Shown: one piece after another, positions 23,461 to 36,776 of the stretch
Layout: each line of letters starts with the position of its first letter
Position numbering within the stretch: position 1 is the first letter of the stretch
From: Octopus sinensis
Taxonomy: Eukaryota
Length of the DNA stretch: 64,000 nucleotides
Assembly (NCBI RefSeq): GCF_006345805.1
Contig: NC_042997.1
Span: forward strand, 25,606,001 to 25,670,000
Reading direction: 5' to 3'
Notes under the pieces: model-generated
What the model was told of the DNA's origin: nothing
Databases searched by the model: none
The model's input: the letters and a program-made list of their open reading frames with translations, nothing else
Translations under genes and position numbers: made by a program

Positions 23461-24180
23461 CGAGGGGTGTTCATTTTCCCTGTCCCGCTTCTAAAGGACG
23501 GGGATAAAGCTAACTTGGTATAATAATTAGTCCTTCTCTACATAGCCACCATCAGTGGTGTCACACTTCTCACGTTGCTTTACGCAACTAGGAAATAAGT
23601 TCACCAGCATTCGAAAAGTGCTTCCCCTCCAAAAAACATTTCATGGTTGGAAAGAGATGAAAGTCAGATGGGATGAGGTTGAGAGGATTTTATATATTTC
23701 TTTACTACCCACAAGGGGCTAAACACAGAGGGGACAAACAAGGACAGACAAACGGATTAAGTCGATTACATCGACCCCAGTGCGTAACTGGTACTTATTT
23801 AATCGACCCCGAAAGGATAAAAGGCAAAGTCGACCTCGGCGGAATTTGAACTCAGAACGTAACGGCAGACGAAATACGGCTACGCATTTCGCCCGGCGTG
23901 CTAACGTTTCTGCAAGCTCCAGAGGATTTTATAGCTGCAGGAATGTGCTTTCATCTGGACAGCATATACATTGTGAACTGGGGCGTTGTCTTGAAGGAGG
24001 CGTCTCCTTTGGCCAGCATGCCACGCCTCTCTGCTTTGATGGTGTCGCATAAATTCTAAAACAGAGAATTATAATATACCCCGTTAATTGTGGTGCACTT
24101 TGCCAGAAAACGCGTCATTGCTACTCCGCGCTGGTCCCAAAAGACTGTGAGCATCACCTCGTAGGTTACAGAATGGGTGT
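23461..24180 (-). mobile_element. Mariner 3' fragment interrupted by a SINE
   Basis: TA|CGAGGGG terminus. Minus-strand peptides VMLTVFWDQRGV, LLQDNAPVH and DLIPSDFHLFPTMK..GGYVEKD. Confidence 0.85.
23695..23920 (-). mobile_element. tRNA-derived SINE (family B) with 13-bp TSD
   Basis: Head gcagaaacgttagcac..gagttcaaattcc and central gcctttcatcc..ggggtcgat..agtacc. Flanked by agaggattttata at 23682-23694 and 23921-23933. Confidence 0.92.
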
Positions 24181-24258
24181 AAAATTAACACTATTATATA
24201 TAATGGTTTCAAATTTTGGTTCAATATATATATGAAAAACAAGAACGAAAATAAAGCG

Positions 24259-24474
24259 TTACTTTACTCTTTACTCTTTTACTTGTTTCAGTCATTTGAC
24301 TGCGGCCATGCTGGAGCACCGCCTTTAGTCGAGCAAATCGACCCCGGGACTTATTCTTTGTAAGCCCAGTACTTATTCTATCGGTCTCTTTTGCCGAACC
24401 GCTAAGTGACGGGGACGTAAACACACCAGCATCGGTTGTCAAGCAATGCTAGGGGGACAAACACAGACACACAA

Positions 24475-24507
<33 letters not shown>

Positions 24508-24670
24508 CGACAGGCTTCTTTCAGTTTCCGTCTACCAAATCCACTCACAAGGCATTGGTCGGCCCGGGGCTATAGCAGAAGACACTTGCCCAAGATGCCA
24601 CGCAGTGGGACTGAACCCGGAACTATGTGGTTGGTTAGCAAGCTACTTACCACACAGCCATTCCTGCGCC
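24259..24670 (-). mobile_element. Family A SINE, full length
   Basis: Head, central block, internal CA/TA microsatellite and (GTAAAAGA)n tail all present. Confidence 0.92.
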
Positions 24671-24883
24671 TATATTTCCTTTTACATGTTTCAGTTTTTG
24701 AAAAATCGTATCAAAAATATGTACTAAAATGGAATATGTAAAGAGAGAACTACTAAAAAATCAAAATTAAGATTAAGATTAACATTCATAGTTTACTTTC
24801 CTTTTTCCTGCAAAATCTTTTCCTACAAATCTTTTCAAATATATATGTGTGGGCGTGTGTGTGTGTGTGCGCGCACGTTTGTG

Positions 24884-25160
24884 TGGAGGTGCAATGGCCC
24901 TGTGGCTAGGGCAGCGGACTCGCGGTCGGAGGATCTTGGTTTCGATTCCCAGACTAAGCGTTGTGAGTATTTATTGAGTGAAAACACCTAAATCTCCACG
25001 AGTCTCCAGCGGTGGCGAACCTGCTGTACTCTTTCACCACAGTTTCTCTCAATCTTTCTTCCTGTTTCTGTTGTACCTGTATTTCAATGAGGCAGCCTTT
25101 TCACACTCTGTGTCACGCTGATTCTCCCCTAGGACTATGTTATGGGTACACGTGCCTGTC
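24884..25160 (+). mobile_element. Family C SINE
   Basis: ggtgcaatggccctgtggctagggcagcggactcgcgg..gtttcgattccc; homologous to 1-247. Confidence 0.8.
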
Positions 25161-25307
25161 TCTCTCCTTAACTTCTTGGAAATGTTAGGTACATTTATAC
25201 TAATGTGTCCATCTGTTCTAATTTGATTAAATTACATATCATGAGCAGGCTGTTCTGTTGACGAGATCAACTGGAACCCTTGTCGTCGTAACTGACGGAG
25301 AGCCACC

Positions 25308-25375
<68 letters not shown>

Positions 25376-25396
25376 GTGTGTGTATATGTATGTATA

Positions 25397-25640
25397 TCTA
25401 TTATATAAAATCCATTCTGTCTATCTGTGTATGTGCTTTCTAGGATCTCGGGCATCCTCCATCCGATTGCGCTGAAATTTTGATATGTAGATACCGAAGG
25501 TATTAGGGCATGTATAAGTCTTGAAAAAATTACAAAAATTGATTCCAGGTAAGAATGCGATCGATAAAGCCGTGGTGACGTTTATTTGTACGCGTAAGTA
25601 CATCAGCAGTTGCGATCGGTACTACGGGTTGTGTGAATAA
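25397..25640 (+). mobile_element. Helitron-type 5' fragment
   Basis: A|TCTATTATATAAAA followed by ctgtctatctgtgtatgtg..ccgattgcgctgaaatttt, typical of non-autonomous Helitron 5' ends. No 3' CTAG found. Confidence 0.55.
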
Positions 25641-26099
25641 AATCGTTTTTCTTTGGAATAGAAAAAAGTCTATCTTTATTTCTTCTTTTGTTTGTGTCCC
25701 AAATTTAGATTAAATCAGTGTTTCTCAAAGGGGAGGCCTATGGGACGGCAGGACAAGTTGTTTTGAGAAGATTTGGTTTAAATGTTTGACAACTGAGCAC
25801 CGTCCATTGGACGGAGGGCGTTTTGGTCATATATATCTATATATACATACTTATACCTATATGAAGTACAACCGCATGAATTAGAATGGATGAAGATAGG
25901 ATTTATATAACATAATAACTATTCTACCAGCAGAGAGAAAAACATTCAGGCAGATCCTCAATACAGAATTTTAGTAGTTAGCAGTTTCATTGGCAAAAAG
26001 CATGTGAGAATACACTAAATTCTGGCCCTTACATAACATCGTAACTTCTGCCGGATATTAAAAAGGAAATTAAATATATATATTGTCTATTAATATATC

Positions 26100-26400
26100 T
26101 ATATGTATATATATATATATATATATATCTATATATATATATATTATATATATATATATATTATATATATACATACATACATAGATACTATATACATATA
26201 CACACACAAACACACACGCATATATATTAATATGTTATATATATGTATATCTCTGTATATGATTATATACAAATGTATACATACATATATATTTATCTAT
26301 TTATCTATCTATATATGCACACATACATATATATATGTATAATATTAAATGTATATATATGTATATATAAATGTATATATATATGTATGCATATATATAA

Positions 26401-26459
<59 letters not shown>

Positions 26460-26890
26460 TAAATATATATAAATGTATATATATATATATTATATAATAT
26501 ATATATATATATAAAGTATATATTATATGCATTCATATATAAACATATATATATATATATTATTTATTTTCTATATTTTTCTTTTCTTTTCTCAACCGTG
26601 CACTTTCATAACTTACAAATAATTCTGTCTTTGTTGCTGGTGCTTCCGTATAAGTTCATGATACAAGGAATTGGCCAAGCGATAATCATTTGGAAGATTG
26701 GAAAGTTCATACGTGAAATAGAGCAGAGAATTGATGATAGAATTTCGTGGAAAACTAAGCTTTAAATGCCTTTAGAAAAAAAGAAGAATGGGAAAAAAAA
26801 AATACGTTTAGCACTCTCATAGAAGCTTCGAATAACTGCACGTGAACGCCCACCAATAGAGCTACATGTATATATATATATACATACATA

Positions 26891-26938
<48 letters not shown>

Positions 26939-27029
26939 GTTATATATGTCATGCGTGTTTGTGTGTATATGTATATTCCTATATATATACTTATACATAT
27001 ATATATACACATATATGTATATACATATA

Positions 27030-27071
<42 letters not shown>

Positions 27072-27439
27072 GCACATATATGTGTGTGTGTCTCTGTGCA
27101 TATACACTTGTACATATTTATGCGTTGGCAGAACAGAAGCAGACAGATAAACATATACTAATAGATAGGTTGATAGACAGATAGATAGAGAGAGAGAAGT
27201 TAGTGAGAGATAGGCATGTACGTTATACATACATACATACACACTAGAAACACACTTGCATATAGATATATGGACATAGAAATGTATATATATATATATA
27301 TATATATATTGATAGATAGATAGATGGATATATATATACACATATATACATATGTATATATACATCTATATATATATACATATAAATATATATCTATATA
27401 CATATAAATATACATATATATATACATATATGTATATAT

Positions 27440-27514
<75 letters not shown>

Positions 27515-27560
27515 TGTATGTATGTATGTATGCATAAATTCGCTAGATATGTATATGTAT
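26100..27560. repeat. Large TA/CATA/GATA low-complexity block
   Basis: Directly visible (with a unique island at about 26570-26860); source of many spurious ORFs. Confidence 0.9.
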
Positions 27561-27732
27561 TACACACTTAAAAATGAAAACATTTTTATTAAAAATAAAA
27601 CAAAAACACATCAGAAGTTATATCTACAAAATCACTACACTATATAAGTGTAGATTACATACCAGACACGATTCCAAAACATATATATTAATATGAAAGG
27701 TAGTTCACTCGAAACATATATGAGCGTGTTTG

Positions 27733-27774
<42 letters not shown>

Positions 27775-27849
27775 TGTTTGCGCGCGCGCGCGTGTGTTAG
27801 TTTTGTGTGCGTATGTTCGAGCATACATATATGTATATGTTCTTTTAAT

Positions 27850-28170
27850 CTTTTTTCGTTTCAAGCTTGCAACCGAGGTGTGACACCACTCTACATTTAT
27901 TTGTAGCCCTTCTGCGGACCGTCTCTTATGGTTGGTTTATTCATGTTGGTGGGATTTGATAGCACCAAGACTATACGTGCTTTTCCATGGTTTTTGGATC
28001 ATTTGGCGTATGGACGTGCTGGACACCGCTACCCTCATTTGGAACTTTATGTCGAAAGTTAGATTTATCTGGCATCATTGATAGGAGAACGTCCACGACC
28101 GCTTTGTCAAGATTCCTGAAGTCATTTGGAAAAGCCTATTGAATAGAGGGAGTTGAATAGAAAGTGAAGG
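27850..28170 (-). mobile_element. Possible decayed CR1/L2 LINE 3' fragment
   Basis: LFNR..PNDFRNLDKAVVDVLLSMMPD loosely parallels the LINE end at 32950-33190. Confidence 0.35.
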
Positions 28171-28711
28171 ATAGGATCGTAGGTTATATTGATACATACA
28201 TATATACAAACCTACATACGTACATACATACATATATGAAAATTGTGTTTAAGGAAAGCGCTAACCATCCTTCGCAACCACAACGCCTCATTGCTTAACA
28301 GATTCTCAGTCGCTATACTCTCTCTTGTAAACATAGGTTCTACTCATCCTTTGCTCAGTTTATTAAATGTATGTAGTCCCATAAATCTGATTATCCCCAA
28401 TTATAATTAACCATCGGATAAACCTGGGTCGACCTAGCAACTTACTCCCTACGGTATTAAACTAATTTTGCCGTTAAATTTGAAATTTAGCATTAGAATT
28501 CTTCGAGTTGTATAAATATAGTTATTGTCTGCAGCATTCGAAAGAGAAATAAATTCTGGATAAGGTGTGAAAAATATAAATAATTTGTATGGTGTTTGTA
28601 ACAAAATATTTTGTAAGAACTTTTATCATCGGTCTTAAATTTATTTTCGCCAGTGTATACACACACACACACACACGCACACCACACACACACGCACACA
28701 CACACACACAC

Positions 28712-28746
<35 letters not shown>

Positions 28747-29282
28747 TGTATGTATGTATGTATGTATGCTGCTTCGTGTTTTAGCTTGTGTAAGAATAAG
28801 TATGGTGTGTAAATATATGTTTATAAGTGATTTAACCAAAAAGCATATTTGCTCCTTTCACACCTTCAAAGAAAACTTCACTGAACAACTGCATGAGAAT
28901 GCATCAAGTATTTTCAATAAGGTGTAGAACAAAAGTTATGCCGCTGACATTGGTGATGGTCACACATTATAATGAGTGAACCATCTTATATATATATATA
29001 TTTCTTTATTTGTATCTTACTCGGTTCAGTGGATAGCGTGGATCGGCTGTCAATAGTTATTCAAGAGAAAAATTGGAAACAAATGAAATCTTGCAGAAGT
29101 TGTCATTGCAATGGCATTCAGAAACGTTGGGGAGGGTTTAGTTGAAAGGCAAAAGAGTATACGCTTTCTTCATTGTATTCATTCTTATATCGATAAATAA
29201 GGTCAAATTTCATGGAAATAGTGTATAGTCTGTTGAAAAATTTCGACTACCTGTTTTAATTCATTATACAGTAATCCAAGTT

Positions 29283-29480
29283 GGTAAGCTGGCAGAAACG
29301 TTAGCACACCGGACGAAGTGATTATTGGTATGTTGCCCGTTGCTACGTTCTGAGTTCAAATTCTACCGAGGTCGACTCTGCCTTTCATCTTTTCGGAGTC
29401 GATAAATTAATTTTATTTTTAAATTGGGATCGCTCAACTCGACTGGCCCCACCTCCACTCAAAATTTCAGGATTCTACGT
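29283..29480 (+). mobile_element. Family B SINE
   Basis: ggtaagctggcagaaacgttagcac..gagttcaaattct..gcctttcatctttcggagtcgataaatt. Confidence 0.85.
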
Positions 29481-29577
29481 TAATCTCTCACCATATCGCT
29501 GTTCACCTATCGCGATTTATTATTTAAACTTATATCCATTCCTCCATGTTGTTTAGCATTTATAATAAAATATATAT

Positions 29578-29772
29578 TCTCTCTTTTACTCTTTTACTTG
29601 TTTCAGTCATTTGACTGTAGCCATGCTGGAGCAACGCCTTTAGTCGTGCAAATCGATCCCAAGACTTATTCTTTGTAAGCCTAGCACTTACTCTATCGAT
29701 CTCTTTTGCCTGACGTAAACACACCAGCATCGGTTGTCAAGCGATGTTGGGGGAACAAACACAGACACACAA

Positions 29773-29825
<53 letters not shown>

Positions 29826-29996
29826 CATATATACGACGGGCTTCTTTCAGTTTCCTTCTACCAAATCCACTCACAAGGCTTTGGTCGGCCCGAGGCTATA
29901 GTAGGAGACACTTGCCCAAGTTGCCACATAGTGGGACTGAACCCGGAACCATGTGGTTCGTAAGCTAGCTAATTACCACACAGCCATTCCTACGCC
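29578..29996 (-). mobile_element. Family A SINE, full length
   Basis: Same architecture as 24259-24670. Confidence 0.92.
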
Positions 29997-30924
29997 TACA
30001 TACAAATTTTATAAATAATTAAAAAAATATACAGTACACTACTGTTACTATTTCTCAGATTTTCACCTATAACAATGAGTTTTGGAACGTAACACATGCA
30101 ATAGTCGAGGGATTACTGTGTTAGTACAGGGTCGTATATTTTTCTCGATACAAGATTCTCGAATGCCAATACTTACGTAAATCTCAAAGTTTAAGAGAAG
30201 TGAGATTAAACATTGAATTTCATGTGATCAGATTAAATTAAAAAATGTACTAATGATTTGAGTTAAGAGATAAACAAAATATTGTTATACTTATTCTGTC
30301 TGGTGTGTTTGAGCAAAATGCATTTGTAGAATGCTGTTAAAGGTTAGCTGGAGATTCAAGACAAGAGAGCAACTGTTTATCCAATAATTTAGTGTACCCA
30401 TCCTCTCAACTGTTCCCCCTTTATTTGATTTGTTGTTGTTGCTGTTGTTGTCGTCGTCGAGGCTTGGTTCTTATCAAAGAGAATACTAGCCAAAAACATT
30501 CTGGTTTTGAGGAAACTGATCATTTTTCTTTATTTCACACAATATATTTAGAAATATATTAAACAAACCACAATTTCCTTTTTTTAAAGACGCTTATTTA
30601 ACTGTAGGTTCTTTCTTGTGGAAAAATTGGGTCATTTTGTTTATCCATGGTATTAAAGATTTATTGTTCTTGTCTCCCTTTTTTCTTTTCTTTTTGGTTA
30701 TTATCGTTCTTTCCTAGAATGATATCTCTAATGATATCAGCTAGTAGATTTTAACCATTGCAATGTTCTCTTTCCTTTCTTTTGTTTATTTATTTATTTT
30801 GAATTTGATACTTTCAAACATTATGAAATACTTCTTTTTTTGAATCATAATATAATTATATAAAAAAAAAATATATATATAAAGTTCAGAAGAAATCCAC
30901 CGTTGTATAGCAGTTGCCTTATTA

Positions 30925-30939
30925 TCATTATTATTATTA

Positions 30940-31003
<64 letters not shown>
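30925..31003. repeat. (ATT)n microsatellite
   Basis: Directly visible. Confidence 0.95.
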
Positions 31004-31005
<2 letters not shown>

Positions 31006-31589
31006 ACTGTAGTGCAGCCCTTCTCAAGTAATTTAATGCATGTTCTTTGTGATCATCACACCGTTTTAGAAATGTTTTCAACATGCCTTTTTTCTTATTT
31101 AAGCTGTTCACATATCATTTCAGACAGACTTGGCTAGTATTTCTAACAAGATCAGTTGCTACGTAGCGTACTTTGCATAGTAGTAAAGTAACACAGTTCA
31201 TTGTTTCAGTTACAGAATTTTTCAGATGCAGATATAATAGTAGTGTTGTGTTTAACACAACGCTACTATTATACAACACTACTATTATATCTACGTTTTA
31301 AAAGAGTTATCAATAACTGTTATAAATTATATGTATCACATTTTCCGAAGATCTTTCATTATTCCCTCCCTCTTCACACACGTATATATCATAACATAAA
31401 CATGTTTGCATTCCCCGAAAATCTTTTTCTTCAAATGTGGAAAATAATTAAGCTTTCAACAATTGTTGATACAAAATAAGTAGACAGCAATAATAGAATG
31501 ACTGATAACAGGTATTGCTTAGATATTTATTTCGGAACAATTGTGATATAAAGTCAGAGACATGGCTTGCGTCGTTAAATAAGCTCACT

Positions 31590-31710
31590 TTGAAACCGTG
31601 TGGTTTCGGGTTCAGTCCGACTGCACCGCAACTTGGGCTATCAATTTCTACTATAGCCCTGGGCCGAATAATGCTTTGCGATTGAAGTCGATAGGCGGTA
31701 ACTATGTGAA
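31590..31710 (-). mobile_element. Family A SINE 5' fragment, diverged
   Basis: gggttcagtcc..cttgggc..ctactatagccctgggccga matches the family A head and centre. Confidence 0.7.
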
Positions 31711-31796
31711 AATCCGTCATATATATGTATATATATGTGTATGTGTGAGTGTGTGTGGCGTGTGTGTGAGTGTGTGAATGGGAATGTGTCTACATG

Positions 31797-31846
<50 letters not shown>

Positions 31847-31906
31847 TGTACACATATACACATTCACACGCAAATATATGTGTGTGTCTATGAATGTTTA
31901 TGTGCC

Positions 31907-31951
<45 letters not shown>

Positions 31952-32082
31952 TCCATACGTATATGTGTGTGTTTTTGTGAACTTGGAAACTGTTTATTCT
32001 TGCATACTTGTAATAACTTCCTAAATTAGGCATAAAACCTGAGATTAGAGGCAAGAGAACAAACGTTTATATCGATACTCAC

Positions 32083-32104
32083 TATCTGAGTGGTACGTCT
32101 GACC
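32083..32104 (-). CDS. Candidate 22-nt micro-exon
   Basis: On the minus strand: ttttccttattccag|GGTCAGACGTACCACTCAGATA|gtgagt. Confidence 0.2.
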
Positions 32105-32850
32105 CTGGAATAAGGAAAATTCAGGTTGGTCGTAAAATTGTAACTATATATTGAAAGTTATTTTGTTCGATGCATCAACGAGCCTGCCAATATTCAATCG
32201 TGACTATTTAATATATTCATCGTCATCTATTGAGAAAAAAAAAAGCGAAATAAAAGCCACGAATCGATTTGGGATCGATGTAATATTTCTAATATACTAA
32301 ATATACTTAATTAAAACATTCAAATGTTGTCTGTCTATCAAGAGATTAACGGTTCGTGATACTTCGACATTTCAAGATCGAATCGTTTATAGAGAATCAA
32401 CTAAACAAACGGAGACGACATAAATACTTATATTATATACTAGGAAATGTAAAACAAATCATTACCATATACTGAGAAGTTACTTAGAAATTGTCCAAAT
32501 TCGAATACATATCGAATATAAAAGCCTATTTATTGATAAACAAACCTTTTCTTATAATGTCTCGGAATCGACTTTCTTTCCGAGTTTAGTGGGAAAGCAA
32601 TCCGAATATTCATCAATAAATAATTTGCAAAAATTGACGAATGTGTAAAGAGACGTGTAAAAATCAATAGAATTTTATTAGTTAAACGGGAATATATGAA
32701 AGGAAATACTCACTTGAAGCATAACATCATATAACACTATAAGGCGAGGCTAACATCGATAGAAGAGAACACAAAGGATTTACGGTATACTCTACAATTC
32801 GAAAGCAAAGGAGTATCAAACAAGAGCAAACACTACAATGCTGTTTAATT

Positions 32851-33450
32851 TATTATTTTATTCTCTTATTCTTTTATATGTTTCAGCCCAATGAGTGTGG
32901 CCATGCTGGAGCACCGCCATTGTAATCATCTTTCCACTTTCCACCTTTGTCAGAGCGGCTTTTGGTGAAGGATGGAGTTCGATGCTACTGCCCTCTTTTG
33001 AGTTTCTTGCTTAGATATAAGCTCATCCGGGATTTCGGCGAGCCACAGGTCAAGTTCACGTTTGAAAACGTCTACATCCACTCTATGGAGGCTCCTCAGA
33101 TGCTTCGGCAGACAGTTAAACAGTTGTGGGCCCTTGAAACCCAAGCTATTGCAGTACATCGTCCTTGCCTGAGATGAAGCAGCCGGCACAATGGGGACAG
33201 CACAGTGAAATCCTGTTCGTGGTCTGGTATAGTTCTTTATTCCAAAGTTTGATACCAGTTCTTCCAGTATCTTCTATATATATATATCACTGCTTACCTC
33301 TCCCGCCTTCATTCCAGGGAAAAGAGTTGCAGCATTTTTCAACCTGTCCCAGTAGCTCAATCGTTCCATTGATGCAATTTTCTTTGTTTAATGTCGTTGG
33401 ACTGTTTCAAGCTCTGCTATCGTTCATTGTAGTTTAGTGAAATGGTAGAA
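32851..33450 (-). mobile_element. CR1/L2-group LINE 3' end with intact tail
   Basis: DYWDRLKMLQLFSLERRRERY..IYIWKILEELVPN..YCNSLGFKGPQLFNCLPKHLR..DVFKRELDLWLAEIPDE, then a 3'UTR ggcggtgctccagcatggccac..tgaaacatataaaagaataag. Confidence 0.88.
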
Positions 33451-33609
33451 CGATTACAGCTCTCGAAAAATAATAAATGTAAGACTTAGTATATATATGA
33501 CTGAAAGGAATGTATTTGAAGAAGTGAAAACATATACAAAAAATTTGCAAATAGAGTACTATAGTCACATGCAAAATTAAAAGCCAAAATCTTATAGAAT
33601 AATCTAACA

Positions 33610-34015
33610 TTACTCTTTTTACTCTTTACTCTTTTACTTGTTTCAGTCATTTGACTGCGGCCATGCTGGAGCATCACCTTTAATCGAGCAACTCGACCCC
33701 GGGACTTATTCTTTTGTAAGCCCAGTACTTATTTTATCGGTCTCTTTTGCCGAACCGCTAAGTAACGGGGACATAAACACACCAGCATCGGTTGTCAAGA
33801 AATGCTAGGGGGACAAACACAGACACGCAAACACACACACGCATATATATATACATATATACGACGGGCTTCTTTCAGTTTCCATCTACCAAATCCACTC
33901 ACAAGGCTTTGGTCGGCCCGAGGCTATAGTAGAAGACACTTGCCGAAGGTGCCACGCAGTGAGACTGAACCCGGAACCATGTGGTTGGTAAACAAGCTAC
34001 TTACCACACAACCAC
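33610..34015 (-). mobile_element. Family A SINE, full length
   Basis: Same architecture as 24259-24670. Confidence 0.92.
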
Positions 34016-35294
34016 TACAGAACAAATAAATAAAATTCACGTAATCACCTGAAATAAAATAACATAAGCAGCATTTGGTCCTGTGACGAGTGCGGGAAGC
34101 GTAAACCTCTGTACAAAAACCAGGAAATGTAGAAGAGATCTCGTTTCAAAAGAAAAAAATAGTCCACAGGGATGATTAATAACTAAAATTAGTGGCAACA
34201 TAAATCGGGAATAAAACAGTCAGCCAATGATATTCAAAGTTAATTAGAAAAATTTCTAATGAGAAAAAATTCTAATTCACGGCAACGATGATATTAATAT
34301 CACAAACGAAACGCTAATGCATTAGATGGAAACCAAACCTTGGAGAATCCAGATATTCTTGAAGCATATCAAATAATTCATATGAAATACAGTTTTGCAT
34401 ATATGAGTATTTTTCAACAAAATTTTTGAACTGAATTAAATAGTAAGTTCATGAAATGAAAATAAGAAATGGAAACAGAAATTGAGAAAGTGAACATAAA
34501 ATAAGTCCCGAAACCTTTCTACGTTTATATCCCATGTAAGTAAAGCGCGGTTTGCAACAAGCCACAAAATTACTTCTGACTTCAATTCTCAATTTTAAAG
34601 AATGGGTAAAGTTTTATAGATGCAGTTCAGAACATGGTCATCAATTCTGTGTCATGAGACAAATATCTTAAACAACTACGTCAAACTGAAACACTGCATG
34701 AGTAGCCGGTTCGATGATTTTTTATTACGTCGCTGCTGCATACTGGCAGCGTTCTAGTATGGATCAAAATATGTTAGCGTTGACATCTACACCTATGGAA
34801 AATATGCGACGAAAGTAAAGCCAGTACAGAAATTAAAAGAATATAAACGTGAGACCACTGTTGATATGAAAATAGAATGTTTCTATGAGATATTCAAATA
34901 TATATAGACAAGGAGAAAACAGAGAACCGATTGGATATCAGTATGAAGGATATGGAAATAATTGTGCTCCATTTGGTGTGGCTTGTCCAACCGAATAAAA
35001 CATGTACGTGAGTTACCCAACTCTCCAATCCCGAGGATAAGGCAATCTATAGTGAGAGCGTAACAAGTTTTATCCATTAGGTATTATTGCCAAGAACAAG
35101 GAAAGGGTACTTCCCAATAGAAACATCAGCTAGTATCGTATCTGCTAAAGAAACTGATAAATGGTTCAAATCTGAAGATCTGGAGTTACATTATATGCAA
35201 TGAATCGGAAGACTTGTGAGTGGATCTGGCAGACGGAAACTAAAAGAAGCCCGTCGTATATACACACACAATACATATTTAAGTAAAATAATGA

Positions 35295-35479
35295 ATTCGA
35301 ATTTTGGCACAAGAGCAGCCATTTTGGGGAGGGGACAAGTTGATTACATCGACCCCAGAGTTCAACTGGTACGTGTTTTTTCGAGCGTGGAAGGTTGAAA
35401 GCAAAGCCGTCCTCGGCGGAATTTGAACTCAGAATGTAGGGACAGACACTCAGCACGCTAACGATCCTGCCAGCTCGCC
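35295..35479 (-). mobile_element. Family B SINE (preceded by a family A fragment at 35205-35265)
   Basis: cggcggaatttgaactcagaa..cacgctaacgatcctgccagctcgcc. Confidence 0.8.
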
Positions 35480-35727
35480 GTAAAAGGATAAGAATCGTTC
35501 TTGAATCATTGCATAAAAAATCGTTCGTGGCGGTGCCCCAGCATGTCCACAGTCAAATGATTGAAACAAGTGAAAGAGAGAAGAGAAAAGATAACTGCTG
35601 ACCAATCAAAATGAAGTCCAATCCGAAAACATTTCTACATATATTATATTGTAGTTTCCACTATGGACTGAACAGGGAATATTCTTTTCTTTTTTACTCA
35701 AAGCAAAAAGCCGGAAAAGTTTTTTTG

Positions 35728-36280
35728 GGGAGTGGACCAGTCGATTAGATTGACCCCAGTACGGAAATGGTACTTAATTTATCGACTCAGAAAGGACGAA
35801 AGGCAAAGTCGACCTCAGCAGAATTTTAACTCAGGACGTAACGGCAGACGAAATACCTCTATTTCTTTACTACCCATAAGGGGCTAAACACAGAGAGGAG
35901 AAACAAGGACAGACAAATGGATTAAGTCGATTATATCGACCCCAGTGCGTAACTGGTATTTAAATTGTCGAACCCGAAAGAATGAAAGGCAAAGTCGACC
36001 TCGGCGGAATTTGAATTCAGAACGTACAGACAGACCAAATGCCACTAAGCATTTCGCCCAGCGTAGAAACGTTTCTGCCATATCGCCGCCTTACTGAACA
36101 GGGGATATTATAAGCAGTTAAAGCGGCAAACTGGCTGAGTCGTTAGTACGCCTGAAAATGCTTAGCAGCATTTCATCCGGGTCGATAAAATATGTACCAG
36201 ATCAGTACTGGGGTCAATGTAATCAACTTATCCTCTCCCCCAAATCACAGGCTTTGTGACAATTTGTAATTTGAAACTAG
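35728..36280 (-). mobile_element. Cluster of family B SINEs (two tandem minus copies, one partial plus copy)
   Basis: Repeated gtcgacctc.gc.gaattt.aactcag blocks at about 35810 and 35997; plus-strand head remnant at about 36122. Confidence 0.8.
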
Positions 36281-36380
36281 TACTATAAGTAACTATTAAC
36301 GTCTGAAACGACTCGGTGATATATGACTTAGTGATTCTAAGCATAGAAATTCAAAAGCAAACGAACTACGCAATTCAAAA

Positions 36381-36661
36381 TCTATATATGAAAAACAAAG
36401 GATGTGTGTGTGTTTGTGTCTGTTTGTGTAATACATATACATTTCTGCGGTTTTCAACTGATTTCCACAAAACTTTACACACACACATATTACTTATGTG
36501 CCACGGATGGTCATGCACTATAACATTTTGCCCAGAGCTCCCACCTAATGCAACAAATCGACCGTGAAAAAACGTTTTTCCCATTGGTTTTTCTTCAAAA
36601 CTACAGTTTTCAACCGATTCTCTCCTTTTGACTTGTGCAGTTTTCAAGCGATTCCCTCTCT

Positions 36662-36692
<31 letters not shown>

Positions 36693-36741
36693 TTTATCTC
36701 TTTTTCTTTTTCTCACCTTCACATATAGATATCTGTTTCTT

Positions 36742-36776
<35 letters not shown>

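Noticed and set aside
34070-34430. WSCDECGKRK (zinc-finger-like) and LDGNQTLEN (M13 peptidase-like) peptides
   Set aside because: Very short matches, closed by nearby stops, without good splice sites.
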